DNA of 64,000 nucleotides from a virus. Positions 44,295 to 52,299 of this stretch are shown piece after piece (the first letter of the stretch is position 1; each line of letters opens with the position of its first letter). The notes under the pieces were generated by a model. It was not told the origin of the DNA and made no database searches. It worked only from the letters and a program-made list of their open reading frames with translations. The stretch is taken from positions 1-64,000 of the IMG/VR virus record IMGVR_UViG_3300048577_000133. The stretch is one strand, 5' to 3'. The position numbers and the translations under genes were made by a program.

Positions 44295-44831
44295 CTAAAT
44301 ATTTTGTTGCTTTAAAATTTCAACTTTTTCATATTTTTCTTTAAGTTTTGTTATTCTGCTGTCAAGTTTAGATTCGTTTGAAATTTCAAGTGTTGTTTTT
44401 ATTTTACCATTTAGCAAAAGAAACAATCGAACTCCAGAAGTTGGATTATTTCTTACAATTGGTTGTTCGGAATGAGTAAACTCTTCTGACCATTTTTTTT
44501 CTCTTGCTGCTTTCTTTTTGCGTTCTTCAAGCAATTGTTTTAGTTGTTTTTTTCGCGCAAGAACTTTTTTACCTTCCTCAATAAACCCAAAAATTGAACA
44601 CGCCTGAACCTTACGGCCCCTTTTACCAGCTTGTTTAATTCTTGTGTCCTTATTTTTTTTCTTCAGATTCAAAGATTTTAAATACTTTCTTATCGAATCT
44701 GATGTTCGTCCCATTTCAATAGATAATTCATTGAATGTTTTATCTTTATAATTAGCTCTCAAATATTCTTCTTCCAAAGAACTCCAAGGTTTATATTTAT
44801 TGATACATTCCATATTGCTAGAATAAATCAA
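44295..44831 (-). CDS. Hypothetical basic protein, possible Myb/SANT-like HTH (178 aa)
   Basis: WSSLEEEYLRANYKDKTFNELSIEMGRTSDSIRKYL. Confidence 0.5.
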   Translation of the reverse strand: MIYSSNMECINKYKPWSSLEEEYLRANYKDKTFNELSIEMGRTSDSIRKYLKSLNLKKKNKDTRIKQAGKRGRKVQACSIFGFIEEGKKVLARKKQLKQLLEERKKKAAREKKWSEEFTHSEQPIVRNNPTSGVRLFLLLNGKIKTTLEISNESKLDSRITKLKEKYEKVEILKQQNI

Positions 44832-46332
44832 TTTCTAAATTTACGCCAAATTGCTCATTAATCTCATTAAGCAATTTAGCTGTATCAATAGCAAAATCAC
44901 CAGCAATTGAAGTTACAATTTCAAATGATTCACTATTTACTTGTAATCCTTTTAGCATGAAAGCCTGTAGCGTAAATTCGAGCTCTTTAATCGTTTTATC
45001 TCCTGCATTTTTAATGTTGTGATAAACAGTATTAATACAAGCAATCCGATCATTTAATTGATCTTCATCAATTGTTGTATAATTTGGAGCTGTCATCCAA
45101 TTCCTTGCTTCTGCAATTTCAATCCTGTCAGAAAGTGGTAATGCAAGAAACAAACTGATAACGTTTGCAATTCGAAAACCTCTCGGAATACCATTAAATT
45201 CGTTAATAGTAACCTCGCGAACTACGTTTCCAAGCAAATCATTTACAAATTTTATTTTCGCTTCTTTAAGGGGTTTTGCATCAGGATTTTGTTTTTCAAT
45301 TTGTTTTTCTCCCTGTAGCAATTTAACTTCTTTGTTGTATTCATTGCGCTGATCATCAGAAAGAATATCAACATACCGGCCAACTTTGCCAAAACTGTCA
45401 ACGATCAATGCAATTGACTGCCTGGTATGATTCTTTACTGCCTCTTTGGGAATTTGAATAAATTCTGAAAGTAACCGGACGCCTTTTTCTTGCCGGTCTT
45501 TTTCAGACAACCACCTGTCAGATACTTTTATTACTTCAACACCAAGACCTTCCCAACTTTTTTTAAGGCTTTCAATGTGATTGACAACTTTAGACTGATA
45601 ACAATTTTTGTCAAAACAAATATCTGAAGCCTCATATCCTTCAAAAAGCCTGTTTGTGCTACCTGATCTTTTTGTACAATCAGTACAAGCCCCGGCACCT
45701 AAAAGCAATGATTCATCATTTACCATAAAAGGAGCATTTGCAAGTTTTAAATTAAAATGCTTTTTAATTAACTCCCTTAGTTCATTTAATGAAAATCCAT
45801 CTCCCCACATTTCAAAAAGTTCTTTTTGATCAGTTGGTGTTAATCTGATTAATTCCTTTGCGTGCGAAACCTGAAGAATTCCATCCTGTAGCTTATTTAC
45901 AAATTCAGGAATTAGCAAACTTAAATTAATACGATCGTAGACATATTTTAATGACCGCCCAATACGGTCCGATAATTCTTCAATTGTAAATCCACGATCT
46001 TTTAATTCCAGCAAAGCTTGCATTTCTTCATAGGCAGTAAGATCACGCCTCTGAATGTTTTCTGTAAGATGAATAATTGTTTCTTCATGCTCAGTAAGAT
46101 TTTCAAAAACCTTTGCATCGATCGTCTTCATTTTATTGACTACGCAGGCTCTTAATCTACGCTCTCCATACAGTAAGCGGTACTTTTTACCATCTGGAAT
46201 GATTCCAATCGGTTGGATAAGACCTACTGATTTGATACTGGCTGCAAGCTCCTGAATCGCTTCAGGGATAAATAACTTTCGAGAATTGTTAGGTACAACA
46301 ATTTCATTAATACTGATTTTCTTCAGTTCCAT
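44818..46332 (-). CDS. Large ParB-domain protein (504 aa from ATG 46332)
   Basis: ISINEIVVPNNSRK...ELAASIKSVGLIQPIGII...YRLLYGERRLRA. Confidence 0.7.
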   Translation of the reverse strand: MELKKISINEIVVPNNSRKLFIPEAIQELAASIKSVGLIQPIGIIPDGKKYRLLYGERRLRACVVNKMKTIDAKVFENLTEHEETIIHLTENIQRRDLTAYEEMQALLELKDRGFTIEELSDRIGRSLKYVYDRINLSLLIPEFVNKLQDGILQVSHAKELIRLTPTDQKELFEMWGDGFSLNELRELIKKHFNLKLANAPFMVNDESLLLGAGACTDCTKRSGSTNRLFEGYEASDICFDKNCYQSKVVNHIESLKKSWEGLGVEVIKVSDRWLSEKDRQEKGVRLLSEFIQIPKEAVKNHTRQSIALIVDSFGKVGRYVDILSDDQRNEYNKEVKLLQGEKQIEKQNPDAKPLKEAKIKFVNDLLGNVVREVTINEFNGIPRGFRIANVISLFLALPLSDRIEIAEARNWMTAPNYTTIDEDQLNDRIACINTVYHNIKNAGDKTIKELEFTLQAFMLKGLQVNSESFEIVTSIAGDFAIDTAKLLNEINEQFGVNLEIDLF

Positions 46333-46367
46333 ATTTTCCGGTTTTAGTGTAAATTTTATATTTGAAT

Positions 46368-46444
46368 ATATGTATAACATATACTGCAAAAGTGGAATAC
46401 ACGGCTAAAAGTGGAAAATATTTCCGCATTTAAGCCGCATTTAA
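46368..46444. repeat. Palindrome plus two pairs of direct repeats upstream of the ParB-like gene
   Basis: ATATGT-ATA-ACATAT (46368-46382); AAAAGTGGAA at 46388 and 46407; CCGCATTTAA at 46424 and 46435. Confidence 0.6.
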
Positions 46445-46468
46445 AATTGTATAGATTAGTAGTTTATT

Positions 46469-46496
46469 AAAAAAAAGGATGAATAATTATCCATCC
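46469..46496 (-). terminator. Rho-independent terminator
   Basis: Minus strand GGATGGATAATTATTCATCC followed by TTTTTTTT. Confidence 0.8.
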
Positions 46497-46524
46497 CCCC
46501 TAATTCGTATAAACAAACTAAGCA

Positions 46525-47217
46525 TTAAATTGGAAGATCGTTTTCTTCGTCTTCGTCGCTCTGTTCTGATTCAAAATCATCAACAGGCTCCTGGTGCTCA
46601 GTTTTAACAATACCATCAATACGAATAGTATCAAGGCGCAACTGGTAATCTGAAAGACTAAGCTCTTCCATAGAAAGAACTTCTTTTGTTTCCGGATCAA
46701 TAAATACTTTTTGCTTTGAACCGTAATCGATCTGAACAATGCAATCTGAAGTTCTGTCTTCCCACCCTTGTCTGTAACTGCTTGCCAAGTCTGAAATTGC
46801 TGATTCCTTTTCCTCAATTTTGTCTGAATAACCTTTAACAACCAGTTTCTTTTCATCAACCAGCGATTCTTTTTCTGCCTGAACCTTACAAAGGTTATCA
46901 GCAATATTGCTTTTTTCAGCGTCGCTGAAGTAATGCTTGTAGGCTTTTTTTTGAAGATAAGGTATTTCAAATACAGTGTCGCCAATGGCTTTGAATTCGA
47001 GTAACTCACCTGACGGAATCATTGACTTAAGTAATTCGTAACTGTACGGATTTGGCAATTTGATGGCAAGAAACCCGCCTTCATCCTCTTCAACTACAAA
47101 TTCAGTGAATTCATGGTTGTTTCTTTTTGCAAAATCGCTCATCGATTCCGCAACTCTGGTAATCAAATCAACATCGTTGTTTGCAACAACTAAAACCTTT
47201 GTGTTCGTGTAAATCAT
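46525..47217 (-). CDS. Hypothetical protein with acidic C-terminus (230 aa)
   Basis: ORF in the replication block. The nested alternative-frame ORF 46518..47009 is disregarded. Confidence 0.55.
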   Translation of the reverse strand: MIYTNTKVLVVANNDVDLITRVAESMSDFAKRNNHEFTEFVVEEDEGGFLAIKLPNPYSYELLKSMIPSGELLEFKAIGDTVFEIPYLQKKAYKHYFSDAEKSNIADNLCKVQAEKESLVDEKKLVVKGYSDKIEEKESAISDLASSYRQGWEDRTSDCIVQIDYGSKQKVFIDPETKEVLSMEELSLSDYQLRLDTIRIDGIVKTEHQEPVDDFESEQSDEDEENDLPI

Positions 47218-47235
47218 TGTATTAAGATTAAATTG

Positions 47236-47709
47236 TTATATGCCATAAACCAAAAGCGCAGCATCGCGAACATGCTGACTGGTTCGTGTTTTTACTTTTG
47301 TAATACGCTCAAATGCTGTTTTATCAAGCTTAGTCATTGAACCTGATGTTGGCTTCCGCTTCACTACTTTTATCCCTGCTCTTTCACAAAAATCTATCAT
47401 CAAGTTTGATTTGTCCATCACTTTGCCAACATTGATCCCTTGTTTGGCTACTGCTCTTACTTTACCGGAATGATCTGCCTTTGTTGAATTGTAGGTGTTT
47501 TCTGGTCCAAATACGGCTTTATTTGATTCAACGTCCTCAATGTGAACTTCAAGATTAATTGTTTGGCCGCATGAAAATTGATATTTTTTTATCTGTTCAA
47601 TTGCATCCCAAAATGTCACCGTCGACAATTCGATAAAAGCTTTTTTACCTGAATGCCAAACAGCAAAACCCGTGTGTTCACCTCCATCTATCCCGATACA
47701 TATTTTCAT
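47236..47709 (-). CDS. RuvC-like Holliday junction resolvase (157 aa)
   Basis: N-terminal MKICIGIDGGEHTGFAVW is an RNase H-fold start. Sits in a recombination-gene context. Confidence 0.5.
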   Translation of the reverse strand: MKICIGIDGGEHTGFAVWHSGKKAFIELSTVTFWDAIEQIKKYQFSCGQTINLEVHIEDVESNKAVFGPENTYNSTKADHSGKVRAVAKQGINVGKVMDKSNLMIDFCERAGIKVVKRKPTSGSMTKLDKTAFERITKVKTRTSQHVRDAALLVYGI

Positions 47710-47713
47710 ATTT

Positions 47714-47737
47714 GCAAATATAATAACTATTTTTGTG
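47714..47737 (-). promoter_or_regulatory. Extended early/middle promoter motif copy
   Basis: gcaaatataataactatttttgtg. Confidence 0.7.
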
Positions 47738-47756
47738 TTTTAATAGTAATAAGAAA

Positions 47757-48461
47757 TTAAATTCGTGGATTACCTTTAAATATTATTTCGGTAAACATAC
47801 CCTTCATGCGTAGTTCTACCCGATCACCATATAGCTTGACAAAAATTCGTTTTCCAGAGGCTGGATCCGGAATGTCGTATTTATAATTTGTTGTAGCTGC
47901 TGTAATAAATCCATGTGTTTTCTTTAACATATCGCGACATGTTATAATTTCCCTAACTACATTACAATCTCCAGAATAAAATTTAACCAGGTTATTTTCA
48001 AAACCAAGATCATCCAAGCAATACAATCGCTTTGTATTACCATTTTTTAAAGCTGAATTACCTTTATCTTCATATTTACGAGCAATATCACCAGTATCCT
48101 CAATAAAAAATTGAAAACCATATTTTTTACCGTCAAATTCATAATGAAGATCGTATAATTGTGAAACCCTATTCATGATCATTAAAGCTAAAGTTTTTCC
48201 TGTTCTAGGAGCACCTCTGAGAAGTAATCCACCGTAAAGGTCTCCTGTAAATGTTTGATCTGCAAAAAAATATTTAATCAAGTCTATAAATGCTAAATGA
48301 TTATCATGATCAATTTTAAAGCCACTAACAAACATATTACCAATTTGCTCAATGCACTCTAATACTTCTTTCATGTCGTAAGGTGCTCTGAAACGTTTAA
48401 CTCTATTTCTGTTAAATACTTGTCTTAATTCATCAAGACGAGCTTTCAGACTTGTATCCAT
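47757..48461 (-). CDS. DnaC/IstB-like AAA+ helicase loader (234 aa)
   Basis: Walker A LLLRGAPRTGKTLA and Walker B YCLDDLG. Confidence 0.65.
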   Translation of the reverse strand: MDTSLKARLDELRQVFNRNRVKRFRAPYDMKEVLECIEQIGNMFVSGFKIDHDNHLAFIDLIKYFFADQTFTGDLYGGLLLRGAPRTGKTLALMIMNRVSQLYDLHYEFDGKKYGFQFFIEDTGDIARKYEDKGNSALKNGNTKRLYCLDDLGFENNLVKFYSGDCNVVREIITCRDMLKKTHGFITAATTNYKYDIPDPASGKRIFVKLYGDRVELRMKGMFTEIIFKGNPRI

Positions 48462-49498
48462 CAGTGAACAATTTCTGTAACATTAATTCCCATCTTATCT
48501 CCAGTAACCCGTTCCGGTGATTTTTTAGCGTCCTTTGAAAGTTGTGCTATTTCTGAAATTATTGCGTTGTACGAACTATTCAATATCTTGATTGATAATT
48601 TTTCAAGATACCAAGCGGGTACCGCTTCAAAAAATGTTGATAGCGCCGTCAAAATCATTTCATTGCCAGAATCAAGTTTCTTTTGCACTAAACGTGCTTT
48701 TTGTTTATTCAAAAGTTGTTCAAGCGCACCGGCATCAGCAGCAGTCCAATAATACTCTTCTCCAGTTTTAAATTTATAAAACTCGCAAAAAGCAACCTTT
48801 GCCCGGTTGTGTAAATCTGTTTTTTCTGGTTCCCTGACCGGTCTACTTTTCTTTTCTTTGGTAGTTTTCTTTTCTTTTGTTTTTTCTTCTTTTATAGAAG
48901 AGTTATTATTAATACTACTTGTTATATTATATACATTTAACATTCCTGTTAAATCTTGAATATCAGATTGTTGTGATTTAACACTTTTGTCATCATTTAA
49001 CAGTTTTGTTAAATCTTGGGTTTCAGATAGTTGTGTATTTTCTTTTGCTTTAACTGATTGATTACTACCATTTAACACACTTGTTAAATCCATTTTACAA
49101 TTCTGTTGAATGGGAGGATTCATATTTAGGCCGTATTTTGCAAAGTTTTCAAACTGGCCACCCGATAGGTTATACATCTGCAATGCTTCATCACTTACCG
49201 AATACCACAATGTCCTGTCTGTTTTTTCTGGATTAAAATTTTCAATATGTAGGACTCCCTTAGACTTCAGCTTTTCAGTTAAATTCTGTACTTGTCTTTC
49301 AGTCCAAAAAATGAAAACTTTGGTTATTCCGGCTCGGGAACTTTTTACCCAATACCGGCCAGAACGACAATTCAATCCTGATGCTGCATTGTAAAGCTGT
49401 AATTCAATTATTTTTTGAATAAATACGGCTTCATTAACCCCGTATTTTTTTGCAACAAACGGATTAAACCGTTGTTCAATGTAGAAAAGTGATTCCAT
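48461..49498 (-). CDS. Putative replication organiser / initiator-like protein
   Basis: Called only from its position upstream of the loader and an N-terminal wHTH-like region. Start at ATG 49498. Confidence 0.35.
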   Translation of the reverse strand: MESLFYIEQRFNPFVAKKYGVNEAVFIQKIIELQLYNAASGLNCRSGRYWVKSSRAGITKVFIFWTERQVQNLTEKLKSKGVLHIENFNPEKTDRTLWYSVSDEALQMYNLSGGQFENFAKYGLNMNPPIQQNCKMDLTSVLNGSNQSVKAKENTQLSETQDLTKLLNDDKSVKSQQSDIQDLTGMLNVYNITSSINNNSSIKEEKTKEKKTTKEKKSRPVREPEKTDLHNRAKVAFCEFYKFKTGEEYYWTAADAGALEQLLNKQKARLVQKKLDSGNEMILTALSTFFEAVPAWYLEKLSIKILNSSYNAIISEIAQLSKDAKKSPERVTGDKMGINVTEIVH

Positions 49499-49571
49499 AG
49501 TCTGTTTAGTGTGTGTGTTTAAGGTCAAAATTCATCGTTTTTCTGGCAATACAGACTTTATTTAGTTTTTT

Positions 49572-50042
49572 TTAAGTCATAGTATTACTTCTTACCCTTT
49601 CGCTCTTAAAAAGCCCTACACGGCTTTGAGCTACTGAAATTACCCTGCTATGTTCTTCCATGTATGATTTAAAAAAATCAGCAATGAACCTATCAATAAC
49701 CTCTGAAATCCTTTCTTCGTAGGTGTTTTGTTCCGCTGCATTTTCTCTGTCTTTACCTGTTCCGGCCAATGAATGATATTCTCCCAAATACCTATATTTC
49801 CTATAAATATATGATTCATTGGCTTTTGAAATTAAGTCGGCAGTCAATCCACCAACCCTCACAAGTAAAATTGACATCTCTGTTATAATTTGACTCAATT
49901 CGTCTGGAGAATCAATACAATCCATTATTGACTCTTTGAGCATATTTATTTTTCCTAACTCCGGTATTTTAGAAAATAAGGCTTCCAGCTTTGGCTTGGC
50001 AAGATTCGTAATACTTTGCCGAGTAATGTTCCCTTTCGACAT
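49572..50042 (-). CDS. Hypothetical protein (156 aa)
   Basis: ORF overlaps the end of the upstream nuclease by 74 nt. Confidence 0.45.
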   Translation of the reverse strand: MSKGNITRQSITNLAKPKLEALFSKIPELGKINMLKESIMDCIDSPDELSQIITEMSILLVRVGGLTADLISKANESYIYRKYRYLGEYHSLAGTGKDRENAAEQNTYEERISEVIDRFIADFFKSYMEEHSRVISVAQSRVGLFKSERVRSNTMT

Positions 50043-50685
50043 AATTTAGCAGGTGTTTGTGTTCGCAAAAACTAATCAATAACCGGCAATAGCTTCGAAT
50101 ATCACTTTCCATTGTCGGGTAACGGTAAAAGTTGTAAGGGGTATATTCCACAATCTTCCCACCCTGTTTCAAGTCTGTACATTGAAAAACATTATACTGT
50201 ACTTCGTGGACATCTGCCGTAAAAAGGTATATTCTCCATTGCAGCGAGTTTTCGTATTTAGCACGTTTATGTGGACTTCCAGTAGTTTTATGCTCGTGCA
50301 CCTTCATCCCTTCCAGCCCGTCAACACGCATATTCAGTAAAACAATGTAATCCTGAAATTCAATTGCTTTCATTGCTTCTATTTCAGAAATCATTAAAGG
50401 ATGCTCACTCCTAAATTTTAATGCTGGTTCTGCTTCTTTTAGAGTTATATAAATTGGATCCTTCATGTCATCAGACATGACAGCATATACTCCATTTTTT
50501 AAGTATATTTCACCACCATTTTCAATTAAAGAATGATAAGCTTTCCCGTACTCAAAACTTGTTTTAAATACGTCTTCACCTTTAATCTGCTTAATTAATT
50601 GCTCTTCAGATGCAAACATTTCATCATGATAGAAAGCCCTGAAGCTTTCCAGCTTCGAGGGCGATAAAGTGTAAACCGGTTTCAT
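49969..50685 (-). CDS. PD-(D/E)XK-type exonuclease-like protein (238 aa)
   Basis: RVDGLEG...VHEHKT (D...E-x-K). Pairs with a Sak4-like ATPase, as in phage recombination modules. Confidence 0.5.
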   Translation of the reverse strand: MKPVYTLSPSKLESFRAFYHDEMFASEEQLIKQIKGEDVFKTSFEYGKAYHSLIENGGEIYLKNGVYAVMSDDMKDPIYITLKEAEPALKFRSEHPLMISEIEAMKAIEFQDYIVLLNMRVDGLEGMKVHEHKTTGSPHKRAKYENSLQWRIYLFTADVHEVQYNVFQCTDLKQGGKIVEYTPYNFYRYPTMESDIRSYCRLLISFCEHKHLLNYVEREHYSAKYYESCQAKAGSLIF

Positions 50686-51941
50686 TATAGTAACCTCCTG
50701 CCGTTTTTAGGCGGCTCTGAAACTGCACCATCCATCTTTAACTCATTTTGAACCGGATTACTGCGAGTGCGGTTTGGCATTTCGTAAACGGTTACAGGGG
50801 CCTTACCGTTGTGATCAATACTTACTTTTACATTTGGATTTGGATGACTAGAATTTGATAAATCAGATTTTTTATTTTCTGACTTTAACTCAATCTCCTT
50901 ATACCCAAATTTCTTCAATTCCCGATTGTAAACAATGTTTACAGTTAAACAATGTTTTAACAAAGAACGTTTGATGTCTTCACTAAAAATCTTATTCAAT
51001 TGGTTTGCATCTTCAACAATTGCAGCCGCCTGTTCTGGAGTGGTTATTTCCTTGATAAAATCAGTATAAATGTTAATCATCTGTTTCTTTAACAATGATG
51101 TAACTTGTAACTGTATTGCAGTTGGTTCGCTCATAATATCCTGCCGAATTAATTCAAGTTCTTCAGGCTTTACGGTTCCCTCAATCGTATTTTTATAAAA
51201 AGAAATCTTTTCAAGCGTTTCAATCTGTTCAGCGCTCAAAGACATTATTTTATCCTTTGTTTTATCAATTAGCCTCTGAAAAAAATTATTGAATTCGGGA
51301 GAAGTGTATTCAGGAATAGTAATCAAACCAAATTCAGCAGTGTTTTTGCCAACGTGCTTGTCAGTGTGCGAAAACTCCAACGTCCTGCGATTGTTCTGGC
51401 TGTTCATGTAACCCATCAGGTCAGCTTGCTGAACCAGAATGTCATACGATCCACCGGTCATTTTAGGGCGATATTTTATGTCGTCGCCTTCTTTAAACTG
51501 TTCAGCATGGCAAACGAATATCAGGTTAACATTCTGGCTCCTGCACCAACCCACAAAACTGTTGAAAATATTTTTCAATGCTCCAAATCCTTGAAGCGAC
51601 AAAGAGCCGTCTGCCTTTTTATTCTTAATGTCGGTTTTCATCGCGTGTTGGGCCATAAAGTTATCCAACATCGTACCGGCTGTGTCAATGATCAACGTTC
51701 TGAACCCGTTCTTTTCGATCACACCGTCATTCTGAATACCGATCATATCAGACCAATTGTCCAACCGTGCAGCTTTACACTTGTTTTTTGCCCGGTGTAA
51801 GCCACCGTCAAAGTCAACCAGAAAACCATGTTCAACCTGCATTGCCAAACTTGTTTTACCGATACCTGGATCTCCGAAAAGTACGGTAACCAACCCGTCA
51901 ACTGTTACGGGTTCATTTTCTTCAATAATGTGAATAGCCAT
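50685..51941 (-). CDS. Sak4-like / AAA_24 RecA-fold ATPase with C-terminal extension (418 aa)
   Basis: VLFGDPGIGKTSLAMQVEHGFLVDFDGG and LIIDTAG. Confidence 0.7.
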   Translation of the reverse strand: MAIHIIEENEPVTVDGLVTVLFGDPGIGKTSLAMQVEHGFLVDFDGGLHRAKNKCKAARLDNWSDMIGIQNDGVIEKNGFRTLIIDTAGTMLDNFMAQHAMKTDIKNKKADGSLSLQGFGALKNIFNSFVGWCRSQNVNLIFVCHAEQFKEGDDIKYRPKMTGGSYDILVQQADLMGYMNSQNNRRTLEFSHTDKHVGKNTAEFGLITIPEYTSPEFNNFFQRLIDKTKDKIMSLSAEQIETLEKISFYKNTIEGTVKPEELELIRQDIMSEPTAIQLQVTSLLKKQMINIYTDFIKEITTPEQAAAIVEDANQLNKIFSEDIKRSLLKHCLTVNIVYNRELKKFGYKEIELKSENKKSDLSNSSHPNPNVKVSIDHNGKAPVTVYEMPNRTRSNPVQNELKMDGAVSEPPKNGRRLL

Positions 51942-51963
51942 TTGTGTAAAATTTTAATGTGTG

Positions 51964-52233
51964 TTATACTAATTCTGAAATTGCGTAGTCTGAAACATAA
52001 CCTGTTGCATCTGATTCATGTTTCTTAATTCTCAAAGCAACTTTTGAAAATCCAAGTTGCTTTAATAATTCAAGTTGTTCGCGTACTGCCTGAGCTTTTT
52101 GTAATAATTCGTTTTTCGAAAACATTACTGTAAAACTTAACCATCCTTCGGAAGTGTGTACTTCTGCTATTTCAAATTTTCTATTCGGGTAAAGTTTATT
52201 TACCCGCGGAAAGTTTTCAGTTTGTGTAAACAT
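51964..52233 (-). CDS. Hypothetical protein (89 aa from ATG 52233)
   Basis: The track N-terminus MKYKYSSYICR is the translated promoter motif. Confidence 0.45.
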   Translation of the reverse strand: MFTQTENFPRVNKLYPNRKFEIAEVHTSEGWLSFTVMFSKNELLQKAQAVREQLELLKQLGFSKVALRIKKHESDATGYVSDYAISELV

Positions 52234-52260
52234 GATGTAGTGTTTTAATGTTATATCTCG

Positions 52261-52284
52261 ACAAATATAACTACTATATTTGTA
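52261..52284 (-). promoter_or_regulatory. Extended early/middle promoter motif copy
   Basis: acaaatataactactatatttgta. Confidence 0.7.
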
Positions 52285-52299
52285 TTTCAAACAAAATAA

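Noticed and set aside
12808-52290. N-terminal extensions in the ORF track (MHIICKHAI at 12834, MHYICKINT at 15866, MLHVNK... at 26002, MYYKNSIYICR at 33264, MKYKYSSYICR at 52290, MVYFSV... at 54811, MFGILC... at 29417)
   Set aside because: These read through promoter motifs or terminator hairpins. Internal ATGs placed just downstream of the regulatory elements give sensible starts, so the coordinates were trimmed.
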